Below, piece by piece: positions 1-9,843 of a stretch of DNA of 64,000 nt. The number at the start of each line of letters is the position of its first letter. Position 1 is the first letter of the stretch. A program made the translations under genes and the position numbers. A model generated the notes under the pieces. The model ran no database searches and was not told the origin of the DNA. It saw only the letters and a program-made list of their open reading frames with translations. The DNA comes from Desulfobaccales bacterium (GTDB lineage Bacteria; Desulfobacterota; Desulfobaccia; Desulfobaccales; 0-14-0-80-60-11): positions 769 through 64,768 of the forward strand of contig JBKQKO010000017.1 in assembly GCA_052147455.1 (NCBI GenBank), written 5' to 3'.

Positions 1-297
1 GGCATAATCGGCGCCGGCGTCCTGGACGTGCTGGGTAAGTTCCAGGGACTCGGCGGTGCTGTTGGAGCCGGCGCCGGCGACCACCGGAACCCGTTTTTTC
101 ACCTGGTCGATGCAGATCGAAACAACCTGCTTGTGTTCGGCATGGGTCAGGGTGGGAGATTCGCCGGTGGTGCCGCAGGGAACGAGTCCATGGATACCTG
201 CGCGGATCTGGCGCTCGATCAGGGCCCGGTAGGCCTCTTCATCGATCCGGCCATTCTTGAAGGGGGTGACGAGGGCGGTGATGGCTCCTTTGAGCAT
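1..297 (-). CDS. dapA: 4-hydroxy-tetrahydrodipicolinate synthase, 5' part (runs off the window)
   Basis: Not in the ORF track. Manual translation from ATG at 297: [23 protein letters not shown]...[19 protein letters not shown]...[11 protein letters not shown] (DHDPS motifs); GGAGG RBS upstream; follows dapF. Confidence 0.95.
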   Translation of the reverse strand, partial: MLKGAITALVTPFKNGRIDEEAYRALIERQIRAGIHGLVPCGTTGESPTLTHAEHKQVVSICIDQVKKRVPVVAGAGSNSTAESLELTQHVQDAGADYA

Positions 298-309
298 GAT
301 GCAACCTCC

Positions 310-1152
310 TTACTTGAGTTCCTCTAACCAGAGTTCGCCCTGATAAACCACCAGGGCGTCGCCTTCCAGGTAGACCTCGCGGCAAGCCCCGGATTGGGGG
401 CGGAAGAACACGGTGAGGGTTTCCCCGCCCCGGGTCAGGACCTCCACCGGCGAAGACAGCCGCCCCAGGCAGGCCCCCACCAGGGCGGCGGCCACCGAGC
501 CGGTGCCGCAGGCCAGGGTTTCGTCTTCCACCCCGCGCTCGTAGGTGCGGATGGAGAGCTGCTTAGGTCCGGTGAAGCGGACGAAATTGACGTTGGCGCC
601 CGCGGGCTGAAACATCTGGTGGAAGCGGAGCAGCCGGCCCCACTCGGTCACCGCGGCTGCCTCCAGGTCGTCCACCGGCACCACCAGGTGGGGCACCCCC
701 ACCCGCACAAAATGGCCGGTGACGTTGGCCTCCTCCAGGGGGATGGTTAGATTAAGTTGGCAGTCACCCACCCCGGTCAGGGCCAGCTTGACCCGGCGGC
801 CCCGGACCTCGGCGTGGATGACTCCGGACCCGGTCTCAAAGGACAGGGTTTCCGGAGCGATGCCGGAGAGCACCGCCAAGCGCGCCGCGCAGCGCCCGCC
901 ATTGCCGCACATCTCCGGCTCGGAGCCGTCGGCGTTGTAAAAACGCCAGCGGAAGTGGGCTGCATCTGAGGCCTCAATGAGGATGAGGCCATCGGCCCCC
1001 ACCCCCACCCGGCGGTGGCAGAGCCGGCGGGCCAGGGCGGGCTGTTCCGCCTCGGGAATAAACCTGGCCCGGTGGTCGATGAGCACGAAGTCGTTGCCCC
1101 CGCCGTGCATTTTAAAAAAAGGGATTCTCGGTCTTGGGCTCGATAAATCCAT
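310..1152 (-). CDS. dapF: diaminopimelate epimerase
   Basis: KMHGGGNDF, NADGSEPEMCGNG and ERGVEDETLACGTG motifs. Confidence 0.96.
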   Translation of the reverse strand: MDLSSPRPRIPFFKMHGGGNDFVLIDHRARFIPEAEQPALARRLCHRRVGVGADGLILIEASDAAHFRWRFYNADGSEPEMCGNGGRCAARLAVLSGIAPETLSFETGSGVIHAEVRGRRVKLALTGVGDCQLNLTIPLEEANVTGHFVRVGVPHLVVPVDDLEAAAVTEWGRLLRFHQMFQPAGANVNFVRFTGPKQLSIRTYERGVEDETLACGTGSVAAALVGACLGRLSSPVEVLTRGGETLTVFFRPQSGACREVYLEGDALVVYQGELWLEELK

Positions 1153-1269
1153 CAGCTATTAGCTTCCATACGCCAGAAATATATTGAGGCAGCCCGCTTT
1201 TATTCACTAAGGCCATCATGGTGTTTCTTGTGGTTGCAGGGAAATGCCATCCCTCGATCAAAGCTCACG

Positions 1270-2535
1270 TCAGGTCTTCAGAAATTCCGGGATGGATTCG
1301 CCCCAGGTAAGCTGCCGATAAGTCTCCCGTTTCCTGATAACATAAAATTCGTCATCCCGCACCAAGATTTCCGGAACCCGGGGCCGGGCGTTGTAATTGG
1401 AACTCATGGAAAAGCCATAGGCGCCGGCGCTCATCACCGCCACCAGCTCACCCGGCCGGAAGGCCGGCAGCTTCCGGTCCTTGGCCAGGAAATCCCCGGA
1501 CTCGCAGATGGGTCCCACCAGGGAGGCGGTCACCATGGTCCTGGGAGAAGGCCCTTGCGCCACCGGGCAGACCGCATGGAAAGAGCCGTAGAGGCTGGGG
1601 CGGGCCAGGTCGTTCATGCCCGCGTCTACGATGATGAAATGCCTGGCTTCGTTCTCCTTGGTATAGAGCACCTTGGTCACCAGGATGCCGGCGTTGCCCA
1701 CCAGCACCCGGCCGGGCTCCAGGATCAGGGTGACATCCAGCCCCTTCAGCCTTTCCACCAGTTTGCCGCCATACTCGTGGGGGTGCGGGGGCTCTTCCTG
1801 GTCGTAACGGATCCCCAGGCCGCCGCCCAGGTCCAGATAACGGATGCCGATGCCCTGGGCCCTGAGGCGTCCCACCAGCTCCTTGAGTCGCTCCAGGGCC
1901 TCCACGAAGGGGGCCACCTGGGTGATCTGGGAGCCGATGTGGCAGGCCACCCCCAGCACCTCCAGATAAGGCAGCTCCATGGCCCGGCGGTAGTCCTCCA
2001 GGGCCCGCTCGATATCGATGCCGAACTTATTCTTCTTGAGCCCGGTGGAGATATAGGGATGGGTGTGGGGGTCGATGTCCGGGTTGATGCGCAGGGCCAC
2101 CGGGGCCTTCTTCTTAAGGCGGCCGGCGATCCGGTTGATCTCCTCCAGCTCCTGGGAGGATTCCATGTTGAACAGCAGGATACCGGCCTTCAGGGCTGCC
2201 CGGATCTCCTCGGGGCGTTTGCCCACCCCGGAATAGACGATGCGGTTCGGGTCCACCCCGGCCGCCAGGGCCCGGTAGAGGTCCCCCCCGGAGACGATGT
2301 CTGCCCCGCATCCCAGGTGAGCCAGCAGGCTCAGGATGGCCAGGTTGGCGTTGGCCTTCACCGCGAAGCAGACGATATGGGGAAAACCCTGGAAGGCGGC
2401 TTCGAACACCCGGAAATGGTGTCCCAGGGTGGCGGCGCTGTAAAGATAAAAGGGCGTGCCTACCCGGGCGGCGATCAAGCGCACCGGGACATTTTCACAG
2501 TAGAGTTCCCCGGCCTGGTAGTTGAAATGGTGCAT
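1270..2535 (-). CDS. lysA: diaminopimelate decarboxylase
   Basis: FAVKAN (PLP lysine), HIGSQ, DLGGG, EPGR, GPICESGD, GAYGFSMSSNYN. Confidence 0.97.
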   Translation of the reverse strand: MHHFNYQAGELYCENVPVRLIAARVGTPFYLYSAATLGHHFRVFEAAFQGFPHIVCFAVKANANLAILSLLAHLGCGADIVSGGDLYRALAAGVDPNRIVYSGVGKRPEEIRAALKAGILLFNMESSQELEEINRIAGRLKKKAPVALRINPDIDPHTHPYISTGLKKNKFGIDIERALEDYRRAMELPYLEVLGVACHIGSQITQVAPFVEALERLKELVGRLRAQGIGIRYLDLGGGLGIRYDQEEPPHPHEYGGKLVERLKGLDVTLILEPGRVLVGNAGILVTKVLYTKENEARHFIIVDAGMNDLARPSLYGSFHAVCPVAQGPSPRTMVTASLVGPICESGDFLAKDRKLPAFRPGELVAVMSAGAYGFSMSSNYNARPRVPEILVRDDEFYVIRKRETYRQLTWGESIPEFLKT

Positions 2536-2727
2536 CGGTCAGGACCCGTTAGCGGTGGCGGTTAGCGATCAGCAGCCAGCTAAAATAAAAATTGCTTCCC
2601 AGGTTATGATGAAAAAAATGAATTATTAAGGGGAGCGGAAAAGAGATTAAATTCCCCCTCACCCTCTCCCCCCGCGGGGGAGAGGGGATAAATAAGAGAC
2701 CCCATTAAGCTCCAATTGATAGCCAAA

Positions 2728-3178
2728 ACTCTTACCAAAACAGAAAACAGAAAACTGCCGTATAGGGCGGCCTAGGGCCGCCATAATTCGGCGGGCACAG
2801 CCCGCCCTATGAGTTCTAAAGCAAAATTTTACCTCTGGGGTGATGACGGAAAATTCATTATACGCAACGCCTTTTATTTTCGTTAATCTATCAAAATTAT
2901 GGACTAAGTATTTGGCAAACTCCCCCTCCCTGAGAGGGGAGGGGATTGGGGAGAGGGTGGCTCACTGGTCACCGCTGAGACTCCCAAGACGATACCCCCC
3001 CCACCCCGGTGTCGCCACCTCAAGAGGGACGGAATTTTGCTGTTTTGCAAGGTGCGAGGGATGCGCAATTATTTACTTCGTTATGTATAGTTAAGACTCT
3101 TACCAAAAACAGAAAACAGCCGTATAGGGCGGCCTAGGGCCGCCATAATTCGGCGGGCCCAGCCCGCCCTATGAGTTC
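2728..3178. repeat. direct repeat of about 85 bp (2728-2816 and 3096-3178) containing REP-like palindromes and a short CAGAAAA run
   Basis: ACTCTTACCAAAA...GCCGTATAGGGCGGCCTAGGGCCGCCATAATTCGGCGGGC(A/C)CAGCCCGCCCTATGAGTTC occurs twice. Confidence 0.9.
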
Positions 3179-3262
3179 GGACTGTTTTTGATTATCTCCA
3201 AACTGCTATACATTCTCCCAATGTTTCATTATTGCCTGCAAAGATCCAGGCCTTCATAATAA

Positions 3263-4411
3263 TTAATAAGTAATCGCCGCTTCCTCCGACGGCAGGCTTT
3301 CATTGGCCCGGGGGCTGTTGTCCACCGCAGTCACGTAATAGTAGTAAGTCTGTCCCGGCTTCACCCGGGAATCGACAAAATACGGCTTGGTCAAAAGCTC
3401 CGGGGTCAGGCGGCCGGGCTGGGCCTCCCCCGGGGAGCGGCGGTAGAGCCGGTAGCCCGCCAGGTCGGGGGCGGGGCTGGGCTGCCAGCGCAGCTCCACC
3501 CCCTGGGAGGTGGGTACCGCCAGCAGGCCCAACAGGGGGGGCGGCGGCGTCAGCTTCTCCGGCCTGGCGCTCTCCAGGGGGGAGTCGCCGCTGGCCAGCA
3601 GCTCGCCTCCCAGGCGCCGCACCGCCAGCACCTTGTAAGTATATTCCACCTGGTTCAGCGCCGCCACATCCTGGTAAGCGGTTTGGGGGAGGGGCTCGGG
3701 CGAGAGCTTGCTCCAGGCGCCGGAGCCTTCACGGCGATAGATGAGATAACCCGCCAGGTCTCTGGCCGGCGAACCGTTGGTGAGTTGGCTCACCGGGCTC
3801 CAGCGCAGCGCCACAATCCGATCTCCCGGGGCCGCCTGCAGGTCCAGGGGGGGCCGGGGCAGCCAGCCCCAGACGTGGTTCAAGGTGGGGGACCAGCCCC
3901 CCAGGTAGCCATCCTGGTCATAGGCCGCCACCCGATAGAAATAACGATGGTCCGGGGCCAACTCCCGGTCCGGAAAGATGCAGGCCTCCCCCCGCACCTC
4001 GCCCTGCTGGGGATAGGCCAGGTCGATGTCGGCCCGGAGGGCGAAATTCATGGGGCAGGGGGCCTCCGGCGACACCCCGCGGACCTCGCAGCGATAGACC
4101 CGGCAGCCCTGCACCTGGGTCAACGGCTGCCCCAGCAGGTTGACCCGGGGCAGCAGCCAGCTCAGGACCAGGGTGTCGCCTTCCTGGGAGAGCCGAAACT
4201 CCCGCACCGGCCCGGGCAAGAGCCGGTCCGGCGCTAAGGGCCGCAACTTCTTGCCGCAACCTCCGCAGAGAATAGTCAGGGCAATGAACCAGGATAACAG
4301 CAAATATCCGGCAGCCGCTCCGGTTTTCGGTTGGCGCTTGGCGCTTTCCGCCCTGGGCCTGGTAAAAAGTGGAGATTCCACCTCCGGGCGCCGGTCAGAT
4401 CTCTTGCTCAT
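3263..4411 (-). CDS. lipoprotein with fibronectin type III domains and an LptM-like N-terminus
   Basis: Hydrophobic stretch followed by GCGKKLRPLAP; three Fn3-like repeats (LSW/LRW, GYxxYR, YxYxVxAxD); start codon uncertain. Confidence 0.8.
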   Translation of the reverse strand: MSKRSDRRPEVESPLFTRPRAESAKRQPKTGAAAGYLLLSWFIALTILCGGCGKKLRPLAPDRLLPGPVREFRLSQEGDTLVLSWLLPRVNLLGQPLTQVQGCRVYRCEVRGVSPEAPCPMNFALRADIDLAYPQQGEVRGEACIFPDRELAPDHRYFYRVAAYDQDGYLGGWSPTLNHVWGWLPRPPLDLQAAPGDRIVALRWSPVSQLTNGSPARDLAGYLIYRREGSGAWSKLSPEPLPQTAYQDVAALNQVEYTYKVLAVRRLGGELLASGDSPLESARPEKLTPPPPLLGLLAVPTSQGVELRWQPSPAPDLAGYRLYRRSPGEAQPGRLTPELLTKPYFVDSRVKPGQTYYYYVTAVDNSPRANESLPSEEAAITY

Positions 4412-5795
4412 ACAGATTGATTCCCAATTCCGCTTCGGCCCGGGCCAGGGCCTCGGCCACCCGATCCGGGGCGGTGCCCCCGGGGGAGCGCCGCCGGGAC
4501 ACGGCGTGCTCGATGGTCAGCCACGCAAACAGCTCCTCCTGGGCCAGGGGGGCGAATTCCTGAATCTCCGCCAGGCTCAGCTCCCACAATTCCCGGCCCC
4601 GGCTCTCGGCGTAGCGCACCGTCCGGCCCACCTGGGCGTGGGCGGTGCGGAAGGGCACCCCCCGGGTGACCAGGTAATCCGCCATGTCGGTGGCGGTGAG
4701 GAAACCGCCCTTAAGGGCGGCGGCCATCCGCTCCGGCTGCACCTGCAATTCCGTGAGCAGGCCGGTCATCAGGGTCACCGCGGCCTTCACCGTGTCCACC
4801 GTGTCGAACAGGGGCTCCTTGTCCTCCTGGAGGTCCCGGTTGTAGGCCAGTGGCAGGCCCTTGACGGCCATCAGCAGGCCCATCAGGTGGCCGGCCACCC
4901 GGCCGCTCTTGCCCCGGATGAGCTCAGGCACGTCGGGGTTTTTCTTCTGGGGCATGATGGAGGAGCCGGTGGCGTAAGTGTCCGGCAGCGCCACGAAGCC
5001 GAACTCCGAGGAGGCCCAGAGGATAAGTTCCTCGGAGAGGCGGCTCAGGTGGATCATGATTATAGAGGCATGAGATAAAAATTCCAGGATAAAATCCCGG
5101 TCGCTCACCGCGTCCAGGCTGTTGCGGAAGATCTCCGGGAACCCCAGTTGGTCCGCGGTGAACTGGGGGTCAATGGGAAAGGTGGTGCCGGCCAGGGCTG
5201 CCGCCCCCAAGGGCGAAACCTGGATGCGGGCCTCCGCCTCGGTCAGCCGCCTCAGGTCCCGGCGCCACATCTCGTCGTAGGCCAGCAGATGATGGGCCAG
5301 GAGGATGGGCTGGGCCCGCTGCAGGTGGGTGTAACCCGGCAGAATCAATTTCAGGTGGCGGCGGGCCAGCCGTACCCCGGCCCGGCGCAGCTCGGTGAGG
5401 GCGGCGATCAGGGTCTCCACCTCTGCCGCCAGATAGAGGCGCAGGTCCAGGGCTACCTGGTCGTTGCGGCTCCTGGCGGTGTGGAGCTTGCCCCCCACCT
5501 CGCCTAGCTTGGCGATCAGCCGGGATTCGACGGCCATGTGGATATCTTCCTGGCCGGGGTCGAAAGGGAACTCCCCCGCCTCGATCTCGGCCGCGATCTC
5601 TTCCAGGCCCCGGACAATCTCCTCGGCCTCCGCCGGTGGGATGATCCCCTGGCGGCCCAGCATCCGGGCATGGGCTACCGAGCCGGCGATATCCTGGCGA
5701 TAAAGGCGCTTATCGAAGCTGAGAGAGCTGGTGAAGTCCTCCACGCTCTTCCCGGTCTCCCCGGCGAACCGCCCGCCCCAGGGTTTTTGCGCCAT
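4395..5795 (-). CDS. argH: argininosuccinate lyase
   Basis: [36 protein letters not shown]. Confidence 0.97.
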   Translation of the reverse strand: MAQKPWGGRFAGETGKSVEDFTSSLSFDKRLYRQDIAGSVAHARMLGRQGIIPPAEAEEIVRGLEEIAAEIEAGEFPFDPGQEDIHMAVESRLIAKLGEVGGKLHTARSRNDQVALDLRLYLAAEVETLIAALTELRRAGVRLARRHLKLILPGYTHLQRAQPILLAHHLLAYDEMWRRDLRRLTEAEARIQVSPLGAAALAGTTFPIDPQFTADQLGFPEIFRNSLDAVSDRDFILEFLSHASIIMIHLSRLSEELILWASSEFGFVALPDTYATGSSIMPQKKNPDVPELIRGKSGRVAGHLMGLLMAVKGLPLAYNRDLQEDKEPLFDTVDTVKAAVTLMTGLLTELQVQPERMAAALKGGFLTATDMADYLVTRGVPFRTAHAQVGRTVRYAESRGRELWELSLAEIQEFAPLAQEELFAWLTIEHAVSRRRSPGGTAPDRVAEALARAEAELGINLYEQEI

Positions 5796-5840
5796 GGCGC
5801 CCACTCCTTTTAAAATCTGGGATGGCCGACCTCCCGGAAA

Positions 5841-6341
5841 TCAGGCGCCGCCACCCTGGGAAATGATTTCGATAATCTTCTCGCAGGCGGTCACCACCGC
5901 CCCCTGCACGGCCTGAGACAGGCCCGGCGCCACCTCCTGGGGGATGGTTTCGATCTGCGCCACGATGATCTTTACCTGGATACCGCTTTGTTCCTGGAGT
6001 TCCTGCAGCAGGTTCACCGTGGGAAACTGGTGCAGGGAGAAATCGGAAGTCTTGTGCTCCGGAATGCCAGCCACCGGGATCTCGAAGACCTCCCCGGGCC
6101 GACGCTCCGGATATTCCACCGCATCGACGATAATCAGCCTTTCCGGCTTCTTCTCGCTCAAGATGAGGTTAAACAGGATATCCCGGATGCTGGTGCCCAC
6201 GTCCAGGGCCAGGACCTCGTCCGGCAGGGGGTAGTTTTCCTTGAGGTGCTGGATCACCGCCGGGCCGAAGCCGTCATCGCCCCAGAGGATGCTGCCGCAG
6301 CCGAAGATCAGGATGGATTTATCGAAAATTGCCATGGTCAT
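5841..6341 (-). CDS. hydrogenase maturation protease (HycI/FrhD family)
   Basis: GCGSILWGDDGFG, IIVDAV and SLH motifs; directly downstream of the large subunit. Confidence 0.92.
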   Translation of the reverse strand: MTMAIFDKSILIFGCGSILWGDDGFGPAVIQHLKENYPLPDEVLALDVGTSIRDILFNLILSEKKPERLIIVDAVEYPERRPGEVFEIPVAGIPEHKTSDFSLHQFPTVNLLQELQEQSGIQVKIIVAQIETIPQEVAPGLSQAVQGAVVTACEKIIEIISQGGGA

Positions 6342-6526
6342 GTCTTTTAGCTTTCAATGGGCAGATTGCGCGCAGCTGCCGGTGGTCGCCGCAGCAGAGG
6401 GTAAGCCGTCCGCGGCCGGCGCCGGAACCGGGTAATCCCGGCCAAAAGGCGGGGCCACAGGATATGGCTATTATACCCTGTGGCCCCGAAATATCACGCT
6501 GAAAGCGCCTGCTTGATGACTGGCGT

Positions 6527-7969
6527 CTAATTTTTCAGCGTTTCGATTACCTGACCCTGCGCGTCGGTGATGGTGAGTTCCACGGCCAGACCGCCATCCA
6601 GGCGGTGAGTGGCGCAGCTCAGTCACGGGTCATAGGCGCGTATGGCCATTTCCACCCGATTCAGGGAGCCCTGGTCATACTTGCCTTCCTTGATGAAGAG
6701 CTTGGCCGCCTGGTTCACCGACAGATTGATGGCGGCGTTGTTGTGGGTGGTGCCCACGATGAGGTTGACGTTGGTGATGAGGCCCTGTTCGTCGCAGGTA
6801 TAGTCGTGGATCAGGGTGCCCCGGGGAGCCTCCACGCAACCCACGCCCCGGCCGGCCTTGGGGGTAATCGGCACCCGAATATCGGTGCTGGTAATCTCCG
6901 GGTCGTTGAGGAGCTCCACCACGGTCTCGGCGCACTGCAGCAGCTCGATGAGCCGGGCGTAATGGTAGAGCAGGGTGTAGTGGGCCGGGCGGCCGAAGGC
7001 GGCCCGGAACTCCTCCAGTTCCGCCTGGGCCAGGGGGGTGGCCATGCGGTCCACCACGTTGATGCGGGCCAGGCAGTTGGTGCGGTACACCCCGGTGGGG
7101 TTGTCCAGGGAGAGGTTGAGCTTGCCCCACTTCTTGGCGTAGGGGAATTTTTGATAGGACCAGGGCTCCACCCACTCGCCAATGTAGTCGGTGTATTGCT
7201 GGTAGGTGAAGTCGTCATAGGAGCCGTCGGGCCTCATGAGCCGGAGTTTGCCGTCATAGAAGTCGTGGGTGCCGTCCTCCCGCACCGTGCCCAGGTAACC
7301 AACTTCGATGACGCCGATGGTTTTGATGGCATCCATATATTTGGGGAAGACGTTGTCCTTGGCAAACTTCATGGAGAACTTGGAGAACTCCAGGAGCTCA
7401 TTGGCCAGGGGCAGCATCTCCTGCCGCTCGGCCTTAGTCATGGGCTTGCTAACCCCGCCGGGCAGCGAGAAGGTGGGGTGGATGGCCCGACCGGCGAAAT
7501 GCTCCAGCATGGTGGTGGCCTGCTGGCGCATCTTCACCACCTGCCTGGCGATATCCGGCGCGGCCTGGACGATGCCTACCACGTTACGCACCGAATAGTC
7601 GGCGTCCGGACCGATGACGAAGTCCGGCGCCGCCAGGAAATAAAAGTGGAGAATGCGGTCGCCCACGTAAGCGATGTTCTGCATCAGCCGGCGCAGCTTC
7701 ACCGCCGCGGGGGGCGGGGTGACTCCGAAGCAGGCGTCGCCGGCCTTGGAAGAGGCCAGGTGATGGGCCCAGGGACAGATGCCGCAGATATGGCAGACGA
7801 TGCGGGGCATCTCTTCCACCGGGCGGCCCTCGCAAAATTTCTCAAAGCCGCGCAGGGATTGAACGTGGACCTTGGTGTCGGCCACGTTGCCGGCGTCATC
7901 CAGTTGGATGGTCACCTTGGCATGGCCCTCGATTCTGGTGATGGGCTGAATGTTGATCACTTTTCCCAT
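6527..7969 (-). CDS. mvhA: [NiFeSe] hydrogenase large subunit, group 3c (MvhA/VhuA type), Sec at UGA 6623-6625
   Basis: TRIEGH and CGIC at the N-terminus. The ORF track stops at RAYDP; reading through TGA gives RAYDP-U-LSCATH-RLDGGLAVELTITDAQGQVIETLKN* (L2 motif plus cleavable tail, stop TAG 6527-6529). Confidence 0.95.
6585..6613 (-). promoter_or_regulatory. putative bacterial SECIS hairpin of mvhA
   Basis: GCCA-CUC-ACCGCC-[UGGAU]-GGCGGU-C-UGGC; loop begins 23 nt after the UGA. Confidence 0.8.
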
Positions 7970-7980
7970 ATCGTAACCCC

Positions 7981-8925
7981 CTATCTTACCGGCCGGGCCG
8001 GGATTACCGTCAGGTATCCATGACCGCCGATATAGCGGTTCATCATGGCCCGCCGGTCCATCAAGGTCTTGGGATCAAGACCCACCGAGGTGAGGGCGCC
8101 CATCATATCCACCATGGGCCTGGCCCCCTTGCGGATGGGGCCGAAGCAGCCCCGGCACGGGGTCCGGGCCTGAATGCACCGGGGCACCCCGGTCTTGCCG
8201 GCGCATCCTGCCAGGGTAACGGGACCCATGCAGAGATAACCCTGCTCGTTGATGCAGCGCATCTTCTCCAGGCCTTCTTCCGGGTTGAATTCCATGTTCT
8301 GCAGCCAGCGCTTGACCGGGCCGCCGCCGGACTTCTGTTCCCGGATCACCGGGCAGGTGTCGCAGACGCTGCGCTCCGGCAGGCTCCAGGAGGTCTTGCC
8401 GGCCAGCAAGGCCAGGATGGCGTCGGCGATCCAATCCGGGTGCGGCGGGCAGCCGGGAATGGAGATGTCCACCTTGGTCACTTCGTCCAGGGCCTGGCAG
8501 GTGGCAGTCCATTTGGGGACATCGGGATCCTCCGGATCGGCCGCCGGTTCCGTGGAGGCGCAGTGACGGAAGACCTTGTCGAAGACCTCGGCATCCTTGT
8601 ACATGTTGGCCTGGGCCGGGACGCCGCCGTAGCAGGCGCAACTGCCCAGGGAGATGAGAAACTTGACCTTCTTTCGCATTTCATCAAGAACGTGCCGGTT
8701 TTCGGCGTTGCGCACCCCCCCGGAGACGATGCCCACTACCGCTTCGGGGATTTCCAGACTCGTGCCATCTCCGAGCTGCCCGAAGTATTTGTGGTCAACT
8801 AATGCGGGGATGTGAACAAAATTAAGGTGGCCTAATAAATCCAACAGCGCCTCTCCGGTGTTGAGAATGGAAATCTCGCAACCGGAGCAGGCATTCAACC
8901 ACTCCGACGCTACATTTACCGCCAT
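7981..8925 (-). CDS. mvhG: F420-non-reducing hydrogenase small Fe-S subunit
   Basis: ACSGCEIS, GSCACYGGVP, PGCPPHP, CMGPVTLAGC, PCRGCFGP. Confidence 0.93.
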   Translation of the reverse strand: MAVNVASEWLNACSGCEISILNTGEALLDLLGHLNFVHIPALVDHKYFGQLGDGTSLEIPEAVVGIVSGGVRNAENRHVLDEMRKKVKFLISLGSCACYGGVPAQANMYKDAEVFDKVFRHCASTEPAADPEDPDVPKWTATCQALDEVTKVDISIPGCPPHPDWIADAILALLAGKTSWSLPERSVCDTCPVIREQKSGGGPVKRWLQNMEFNPEEGLEKMRCINEQGYLCMGPVTLAGCAGKTGVPRCIQARTPCRGCFGPIRKGARPMVDMMGALTSVGLDPKTLMDRRAMMNRYIGGHGYLTVIPARPVR

Positions 8926-9008
8926 CTCTTCTCCTCCTTGGTTAAGACTCGGCAGTCAGCGGTTTCCTTGCCAATAGGACTTGCTGCTGGCGAGCTGGCC
9001 CCTTGCCG

Positions 9009-9206
9009 CTATGCCGCCGGCTGTGCCCCCGCCGGCCGGCGGGAATAGATGAAATACCCGCCTTCTTCCTCAAACATTTGCACCTCGAATCCATCTTTGG
9101 CATAGCCTTCCATGACTTGCCGGGCCTCCTCGGGGCTGCGGTAATTGCCGCCGTCCCACATGAATTTCTTGCCTTCGAATTTTTTTGCCAGTGGTATGGT
9201 CATCAT
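9009..9206 (-). CDS. small hypothetical protein within the hydrogenase operon
   Basis: 65-aa ORF co-oriented between mvhD and mvhG, with plausible composition. Confidence 0.7.
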   Translation of the reverse strand: MMTIPLAKKFEGKKFMWDGGNYRSPEEARQVMEGYAKDGFEVQMFEEEGGYFIYSRRPAGAQPAA

Positions 9207-9354
9207 CCTGCCTAGATCTGTTTGGTTGCCGCAGGCTTTAGCCTGCGTTACATTTTCCCACCTACATGATGCCGATGAGAATACCTTCCAGTTCGTACCC
9301 GATTGAACCTAAAGAATTAAAAGCATAAAGGCGCCCCGACGGGTCGCCCCCAGG

Positions 9355-9774
9355 TTATCCTCTCGTGCTATACGGGCCGGGGCCCAGGGCCCGCAGGGTC
9401 TCCGTCATCTCCGTCATCACGTCCGCGAACTTCTGGGCTTCCGCCGAGGCAATCCACTCGAGCCGGAACCGCTCGGGCTCCAGGCCGAAGTCCTCCAGCA
9501 TCATCTCAATTCCTTCCGCTCTGGTTTGGGCTTTTTTATTACCTTCCAGGTAATGACATTCGCCCAGGTGTCACCCACATACCAGGACGCCATCGGCCCC
9601 CTTGGTGAGGGCGTTGATGACCAGGTTGGGGTGCACCATGCCGGAGCACATCACCCGGATGATCCGGCCGTTGGGGGGGTACTGGATGCGGGAGACCCCC
9701 GCCAGGTCCGCCCCGGCGTAAGAGCACCAGTTGCAGCAGAAGGCGATGATTAAAGGCTCGAACTGGTCTTCCAT
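9355..9774 (-). CDS. mvhD: [2Fe-2S] subunit MvhD/VhuD, Sec at UGA 9571-9573
   Basis: [21 protein letters not shown]; read-through gives [17 protein letters not shown]...[16 protein letters not shown]...GPYSTRG* (stop TAA 9355-9357), a full-length 139-aa protein. Confidence 0.95.
9538..9554 (-). promoter_or_regulatory. putative SECIS hairpin of mvhD
   Basis: AUUACC-[UGGAA]-GGUAAU; same position and nearly the same loop as the mvhA hairpin. Confidence 0.8.
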
Positions 9775-9843
9775 GGCTAAACCCCTATGCTGTCAGCTTT
9801 CAGTAGTAATTTTTTAAAGCAATCTATCTCTCATTGCTCCCGG

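Noticed and set aside
2840-3094. Small ORFs in repeat-rich intergenic DNA (also 40365-40664, 45671-45922, 52117-52428, 59257-59442)
   Set aside because: Translations of REP/MITE sequence without RBS or protein motifs
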